64,000 bases of DNA from Tubiluchus corallicola (taxonomy: Eukaryota; Animalia; Priapulida): assembly GCA_030141605.1 (NCBI GenBank), contig JAQGDQ010001019.1, positions 1 through 64,000 on the forward strand, read 5' to 3'. Under the pieces are notes generated by a model, which made no database searches, was not told the origin of the DNA, and saw nothing but the letters and a program-made list of their open reading frames with translations. Positions 56,964 to 64,000 of this stretch are shown one piece after another. The position numbers and the translations under genes are program-made. Positions within the stretch are counted from its first letter, which is position 1, and each line of letters opens with the position of its first letter.

Positions 56964-57764
56964 ATTCCATCACTGATGTTTACGAAAGCAAGACCTTCAC
57001 CTTGTATTGGCTTGGTTAATGACTCCCATCGTGACTGAAGTTATTACTCATTAAAGGTGAAACGAGAGCATATCAACAAAGGACATCCTTGGAAACAAAA
57101 TATTTAGTTTGAGTTTAGCTCAAATTTAAACTTTTACGATCACTCATAAGGCCACATCGTTAATAGTAGTCAAGGTGAGATAAATACTGTAGGACAGCAG
57201 GTAACATCTACCTGATAATTAGGTTGAAAAACTTTGTGATCCGGTTCCGCATACCTGTAATAAAATCGTGATTAACTCACCTGATGATACGGTCACCTCC
57301 AAAAATCACAACCACAATAAAATAAGAGCGAAAGACACACTGCTTAGAGACAAAGATTCGCTTTTAGCTTCAAATTGTTAGCGTCACATTGCCTGCCAAT
57401 TGTTTAATAGATAGTCGAAAATTAAATTTTGTGAGAAAATTTGCAAAGTCTTGCAAATTGAGAATTCCAAAGATATGCTATTATGTAAATAACAGTCAAG
57501 TAAATTTAAGATTTAAATTTGGTTGTACTGTAGATCTAAACGAAAAGGTAAAGTTAAAGGTTAAGAACTCATTTAAAGATTATGTTTTAAGATACATATT
57601 ATAGCTTCTTACAACACTGTATACTGTAATATAATTACAAGGGAACTACAATGTGCGGTTATTATAAAGTTGAATGTCTGTAGATGTGTTATTTTACTAA
57701 CATGGTTTTACTAATATCTGTTGTCTGTATAAAGCTGTATATTTTTATACGAAATAAACTCCTT

Positions 57765-58043
<279 letters not shown>

Positions 58044-58655
58044 AACTTAGAACAGAAACTGTTTATATCTTAGAATCTCACACTTGTTTGCTGTCAAACA
58101 AAGCAGAGGCTCCTTTCTGTAGCTCCTCTGTCACCACTTTCATTAAAATTAAACTAATTATAATTACAATTTGGTATTTACACTCAGTGATAAGATAAGA
58201 CGTAGTTTGCGTACACCAAAAATTGCCTAATTGGCCTGCGTATGTGAAATTTTTGTTGACTTTGAAGTAAACGTATACTAAAACTATACCGCGAATTAAG
58301 CTTCTTATTGTGTGATAGAAACTCGTTTTAATTTTTCTGTTTTATTGAGTTTATCCTTTTAAGTGATTAAAATGTTCAACGTCCTACTGCACTGTTAATT
58401 CTATTGTTCTATGTAAGTGAAGTTTTAAAGCAAATTTACTTTTAAATCATTGAAAGTTTAACAGAGGCAGGCCTATTATGCAAATGAGTTTGCATGCAAA
58501 TTACGTTTTATCTTACAATGGGGGTAAATACCAAGTTGTAATTACAATGCGTTTAACTGTTCTAGCTTTAGGAGCTGTCTAGCAAAACATTTCAAATGTT
58601 AGTAAACGTGGATTTGCAAAAGTACCAGTTCGTGCTCAACAGAAGAAGGTAAAGC

Positions 58656-58986
58656 TAGGGGAACGAGCATCGAACGTTCGAATTCGAATTGGTGCTTCTA
58701 TTGGTGGATCTTTGTAAAAACGCTTTTTATTGAGGGTTCGAAAATTCGTTCGAAAATCTTGCAAACTGAATTCGAATTCGATGAAATACTGAAATCCGGT
58801 TTGATTCGAATTCGAAAAAAACAAATTCGATTTGAATTCGAAATATTAAAGTTCGCTTTTATTCGAACTCGAAAGTCACAAATTCGATTCGATTCAATTT
58901 CGATATACTGAAATTCGGTTTGATTCGAACTCGAAAGTCAAAAACTCGATTCGAATTAGATTTCTGGTAAAGAAAGCTCACCCCTA
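58656..58986. mobile_element. hAT-type MITE (331 bp) with TTCGAA subterminal repeats
   Basis: Termini TAGGGG...CCCCTA; 8-bp flanks GGTAAAGC / GCTAAAGC (7/8 match, hAT-length TSD); many TTCGA(A) motifs inside. Confidence 0.75.
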
Positions 58987-59518
58987 GCTAAAGCTGTAAA
59001 ACAAAAAATGGCGATAAGATTATTTATCGACATAATAAAATCGACACATCGACATCCCCATTTGAAACTACTGCATATAATAATCCTAATTTCTGAATAA
59101 TTGTATTGTTTTGTTTAGATTTCGGTATCTAACTTTATTATTTTTTGTTTTCAGTTTTTTTTGGATAATTTGTATCATTTATACTGTTTTTATTATTTTT
59201 TCTTATTTGTTTTTGTTTTCGTTATCTGCAGCATCACCGTTAATTGTTAATATAACAATCTATTTATAAGAAAGGGCAGGAGACTAGATGACCCTATGGT
59301 CCTTCCCTGCCCTGCTCCATGATTATAATTACTTAATATTTAAAAAAAACTTTTGATGTTAAACTAATTGGGGAAAATAAATGTTCTACGTCTGTGCCCA
59401 TAACAGCAGCTTTTAGACGTGATTCATTTCGACTCTACATTCCTGTCCAGCCGCTGAACTACAATCCACCTACTTTGTACGCAAAAGTTTTACTATTTGA
59501 CCTCAGGCTGTATCTCAG

Positions 59519-59614
59519 CTAGCCGTAAAAAGGGGACAACCGCGTCATAATGAAGTACACGTTGTAGACGATCTTGGCCTCAATGTTGAACATTGTTATA
59601 GGCAAGTCATAGAT
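59519..59614 (-). CDS. Candidate terminal coding exon of an unidentified gene (IYDLPITMFNIEAKIVYNVYFIMTRLSPFYG*)
   Basis: Good acceptor (aattcactttCAG|), 31 open codons mostly ending in G/C in an AT-rich context, TAG stop; upstream exons not identified. Confidence 0.4.
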   Translation of the reverse strand: MYDLPITMFNIEAKIVYNVYFIMTRLSPFYG

Positions 59615-60029
59615 CTGAAAGTGAATTAATTATCAGTCGGCGGATCGTTTTCAATGATAATAGCCCCGGGTAAATGAGAGCATGAGTGAAAGTGAGCTGG
59701 CTGGCTGGTGGTGACACGGTTACCTCGTGACCTGGTGCCTTAGAAGAATAGCCAATCGTGAAAAGTTTGACGTGTTTTTTCGCTTATCCTGCTACTTTAA
59801 TTGACTTAGCACTCCGGTGCAAATGACCAACAATTCGTGTATTCTTAACATGTAAATGAGTTCCAAATTACGTTCCTGTGTTTGACGCCTTCTGTTGTAC
59901 CTTTTGATGGAATTATTTTGGTAATTTGAAGGGGACGAATAGGTAATTGTAGCGTAGGTGGGTTTTCTGCCTGAAAATCTTAATATAGCTGCCTTAGGAA
60001 CTAATGATCTAATGCATTAATAAAGATTT

Positions 60030-60140
60030 ACAACATCTGAGACCAAACTTAACAATAGCATAACAGGAGTTAAAAAATTTAGCTGCAGACAGGAAACAGT
60101 GGAGTGTTCTAATAGAGTATAGGGGGCCCTATGTGTACAA
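60030..60140 (+). mobile_element. RTE-like LINE extreme 3' scrap
   Basis: QELKNLAADRKQWSVLI resembles the RTE C-terminal LAxDRxxW motif; lies between two ~60-bp direct repeats (59893 and 60167). Confidence 0.45.
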
Positions 60141-60199
60141 TAAATGTTTAGAGCACCAGAACCTTTTGTTGTACCTTTTGACGCCACATTGGATGAAAT

Positions 60200-60343
60200 T
60201 GTTTTGGTAACTTGAAGGGGACGAATAGGTAATTGTAATGCATGTTCGAAAAATGTTTCCACACAAAGTTATATTGCTTAGCATTACGCTTACCTATTTG
60301 AAAGACTTGTGAAGTTGAAAAAGACAGAGACAAAGAAAGAGTA

Positions 60344-60413
<70 letters not shown>

Positions 60414-60800
60414 GCGAAGTTGGAAAAGAAAATTCTTAGTAATTTAGAGTAGCGTTCTCGTCACCAGGTAAAACGTCATTGGCTCACCTTCCCAAAATAC
60501 ATCACCGACTCACGGAAAATCCTATTTTTAATCTTGTAGACAATATGACGTAGCTTAAACTTTGCTTAGCTGGTGAAGTGTGCACTGCGCATGCTCTGAT
60601 GATTTTTTCAAACTCAAACAACTTTATCTAAACTTGTTTCAAATCATCTACCGTCAAAATGGCTGCGACTAATGGTCATCGCTGTAGTTCAAATTTTCAA
60701 GTTTTATGTAGCGTTACTGCCCTTCCTAGAATAAGACTGCATGTAGGTGATATATAACATTTTGAAACGAAATTTTTAGGTTTGTATAAAAAAAGGTTGT
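60200..60800 (-). mobile_element. Family A, reverse copy, with inserted (GA)n
   Basis: Reverse-complement A blocks; (GA)n at 60325-60410. Confidence 0.7.
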
Positions 60801-62353
60801 CCCTGCGCTTTGAACAAATGAATCGTTGTTCAGTCTTTGTTTCTTTTTTTCTTTCTCTTGCTTTAAGGCTAAAAAATGATTGGCTAATCGTTTGTCGATT
60901 TAAATTTTAGGAAGAGTTTGAAATGTGTTGCTGTGTTGACATTTTTATGTCCTCTCAGCCACGCGGCTTTAATATATTGAAGTTAAGCTACAGTCTTTAA
61001 ATGTTAGAAAAATACACAAATCTGTGATTATTCGGATGCTTGTATGTTGTCTAAATAAAATCTTGAAATCTTGAAATCTTGCCATTACGACGCAGCTGAT
61101 ACATTCTCCTTTTAGTCCACTTGAAAGACCAAATCTATTTATAACCAAAACAAGTTTCAACAATTTCAATAATTCGATTTGGGCAATAAAGAGACATTCT
61201 TGCAATCTTAGAAGTTGTACTTTTAACTTTTACAACCATTGTAAGCACTGCATGGGTCGCAGACACTGCTGGGTTTCTTATGACATCTACTGCCTAATAT
61301 TTCATATTTTATTGGGAAACTTTGATGTTCTGTCTTTAGTTTAAATCATCGAATTTGTATCATTGTATACTACATATATATATATATAGTTCATTTTTTA
61401 TTATATAATAATTACATCCCGAAACTGAAACATAGAAATACAGACTTAATTGATTTGTTGTTTTCTGGTACCTTTCCCGTCATTTTGCCAAAAAACGTTC
61501 AAGAAATTATGCATCAGCTACTATAAGTTTTTAAGTTGGTGTTCACGAAAGTTGCAAGCAAAAAATGCTTTACAAAATAACTATTATTATCTTCAAATAT
61601 CTTAGAACAAACATTTAAAATTTACCTTGATTATGCAAATCTACATGTACGAGTTTAGAAACTTAGCTTACGGTTATTATAATTAGAAAAACTGAGCTCT
61701 AAGATAAATACTGAAACTTGTAAAGGATACCTGTAGTTGGCTGCCACCTTCAGGTGCTCTTGTTAAAATTGTTGAACTTCCTCTTTCCTGCTTAAATTTT
61801 CATTGGCTTCTACAGTCTTTATGAATGCATAATCTCTAAACCTGTTTTCACACCTAAATGATTTCACTTGTAGTTCTGGTCACTTGGTTTTCTGCTTTTC
61901 AATATGACACTACTTCACTGTTTATGTAGACATTTCAGAATAAAATCTTAAAACTAAATCTCAAGTTTTTTGGTTTCTTCAAACCACATGTAGTTTAATT
62001 AGCGGGTAACAAAATAAGGTCAATCTTGATTTAACTAGAAATTGCATTTAGATTTTATGTGAAATACAGGTCAAAATTGTTATGAAATGATAAAAACACT
62101 TTGGGTTAATAATGCTATTAATCAACAACAGGAGTTAAATACATTTTGATTTGAGTTCAACTTCATTATTTCTAGGTTTATTGATTAAGAACAAATCTAC
62201 TGACTTGGACAATAATACTAAATAATATAATTCTCAATATACTGATAAGACAAACATTTAGCTATGCAGGTTTTTTAGTAATTTTATAAAGGAGAGATAA
62301 GACTTGTGCAATCTGTGAACTAACATTTTTGGACTGTATTTATTGCTTTATAG

Positions 62354-62468
62354 GGGCAGTTCATACGCTGAGCATATCAAATGTATAAGCGAAGATGCTA
62401 AGTATTCAGGTAAAGATTTCAAGGCCAAAATCAACAAAGGTGAAGTGAAGCAGGAGCTATGGATGCAG
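62354..62468 (+). CDS. LYAR: LYAR (cell growth-regulating nucleolar protein), internal exon (end of second C2HC zinc finger)
   Basis: TAG|G GGC...CAG|GTAACG, 115 nt; GSSYAEHIKCISEDAKYSGKDFKAKINKGEVKQELWMQ matches the LYAR HxKCISEDxKYxGK...KGxxKQxxW motif. Confidence 0.9.
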
Positions 62469-62779
62469 GTAACGTTGCACGCTAAACTAACAAATCTTTT
62501 TCAGAAAATTCAGAACTTGGCTAAAGCTATTACTTTCATTCTTGCTTGCAATTCTCTATTTGGTAATGTCACCCTTCTTATAAACTATGTTTGTTAGTCA
62601 ATTGTGCCATTTCCATTGTAATATCTTGTTGGCATCCTTCTGTCTCGGAAGACAATGGAGTGTGCGCCAAGAGAGTCAGTTATTGATCACATTGATGGAG
62701 CTGCAGAGCAGATTATTGCTAAGGCAGATTGGAAACAGTGTCTGCTGAAACTGAAAAGGCACTATATGCTATTTTTCAG

Positions 62780-62884
62780 AACATACGGAATGCCAGTACG
62801 GACGCTAAACATCCTCGCCTGGCCAACTTGTTTCGCAAAGTTCTGGAGTACGACAACGTCCCGAGAAAAAAAGCCAAGTTTGAG
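62780..62884 (+). CDS. LYAR: LYAR next internal exon
   Basis: tttttCAG|AAC...GAG|GT, 105 nt, phase 0; NIRNASTDAKHPRLANLFRKVLEYDNVPRKKAKFE carries the LYAR DNVPRKKAKF motif and is in frame with the previous exon. Confidence 0.9.
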
Positions 62885-62935
62885 GTGTTTGTTATAATTG
62901 TTTGACAAACTTTTGTAAAACTGTTTAAAATTGAA

Positions 62936-63805
62936 TTGATGTAAATGCTTTGCAGTTGCACACGGGCATGATTAAGTATTCGTTGATGTAAATGCTTTAC
63001 AATTGCACACGGACATGATTAAGTATTCGTTGACGTAAATGCTTTGCAGTTGCACACGGGCATGATTAAGTATTCGTTGACGTAAATGCTTTGCAGTTGC
63101 ACACGGGCATGATTAAGTATTCGTTGACGTAAATGCTTTGCAGTTGCACACGGGCATGATTAAGTATTCGTTGATGTAAATGCTTTACAGTTGCACACCG
63201 GCATGATTAAGTATTCGTTGATGTAAAGGCTTTACAATTGCACACGGACATGATTAAGTATTCGTTGACGTAAATGCTTTACAGTTGCACACCGGCATGA
63301 TTAAGTATTCGTTGATGTAAAGGCTTTACAATTGCACACGGACATGATTAAAAGTATTCGTTGATGTAAATGCTTTATAGTTGCACACGGTCATGATTAA
63401 GTATTCGTTGATGTAAATGCTTTACAGTTGCACACGGGCATGATTAAGTATTCGTTGATGTAAATGCTTTATAGTTGCACACGGACATGATTAAGTGTTC
63501 GTTGATGTAAGTGCATTACAGTTGCACACGGACATGATTAAGTATTCATTGATGTAAATGCTTTACAGTTGCACACGGACATGATTAAGTGTTCGTTGAT
63601 ATAAATGCTTTACAGTTGCACACGGACATGATTAAGTGTTCGTTGATGTAAATGCTTTACAGTTGCACACGGACATGATTAAGTATTCGTTGGTGTAAAT
63701 GCTTCACAGTTGCACACGGACATGATAAAGTGTTCTTTGATGTAAATGCTTTACAGTTGCACACAGACATGATTAAGTATTCGTTGATGTAAATGCTTTA
63801 CAGTA
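62936..63805. repeat. 47-bp minisatellite (about 18 copies) in LYAR intron
   Basis: Unit gttgatgtaaatgctttacagttgcacacggacatgattaagtattc; period 47 (62941, 62988 and onward). Confidence 0.95.
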
Positions 63806-64000
63806 AATACCTTTGGCACCAGGTTGGCTGCAGGAGCTGCCGGAGCCAGTGAACATGATGGACTGGTCCGCCTTCGGGGCTCCACTCCTGATTTGCAAGG
63901 TTTACTCCTCTACACATGTCCGTTGCGTCACTTGATCTCCTCCACCCTCTACCCTTTGGCTGCTTGTGCAGCTCCTCCGCCTAGTGTCGAGATACAGTGT

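Noticed and set aside
62655-62897. 80-aa ORF MECAPRES... as a separate gene
   Set aside because: It overlaps the LYAR exon in a different frame and has no recognisable homology.
63806-64000. GC-rich window end, possibly a retroelement 5' region
   Set aside because: Truncated by the window edge, with no diagnostic motif I can support.

Overview
This is AT-rich animal (invertebrate-type) nuclear DNA, not prokaryotic. Two genes are recognisable. A COUP-TF/seven-up (NR2F) nuclear receptor lies on the + strand, with coding exon 1 (C4 zinc-finger DBD) at 30958-31363 and exon 2 (most of the LBD) at 37907-38437. Two internal exons of LYAR lie at 62354-62468 and 62780-62884 (+). By eye I could not find the last NR2F exon or the first LYAR coding exon, and an orphan terminal-exon-like ORF lies antisense at 59519-59614, so the gene architecture is unresolved. 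The rest is repeat-dominated: many non-autonomous TTAA|AGG...CCT|TTAA (Kolobok/T2-MITE-like) DNA transposons in at least four families, often nested; hAT-like and TA-flanked MITEs; L2, CR1 and RTE LINE remnants; degenerate tRNA-like sequences; several minisatellites; and many long microsatellites that generate most ORF-track entries. The most notable structures are a back-to-back pair of different tRNA-like genes inside inverted repeats, a five-unit array of 106-bp hairpins just before the NR2F exon 2 acceptor, minisatellites grown from transposon termini, and a pentamer microsatellite that steps through a closed cycle of single transitions. All calls come from manual reading, no searches were run, and repeat boundaries are approximate.
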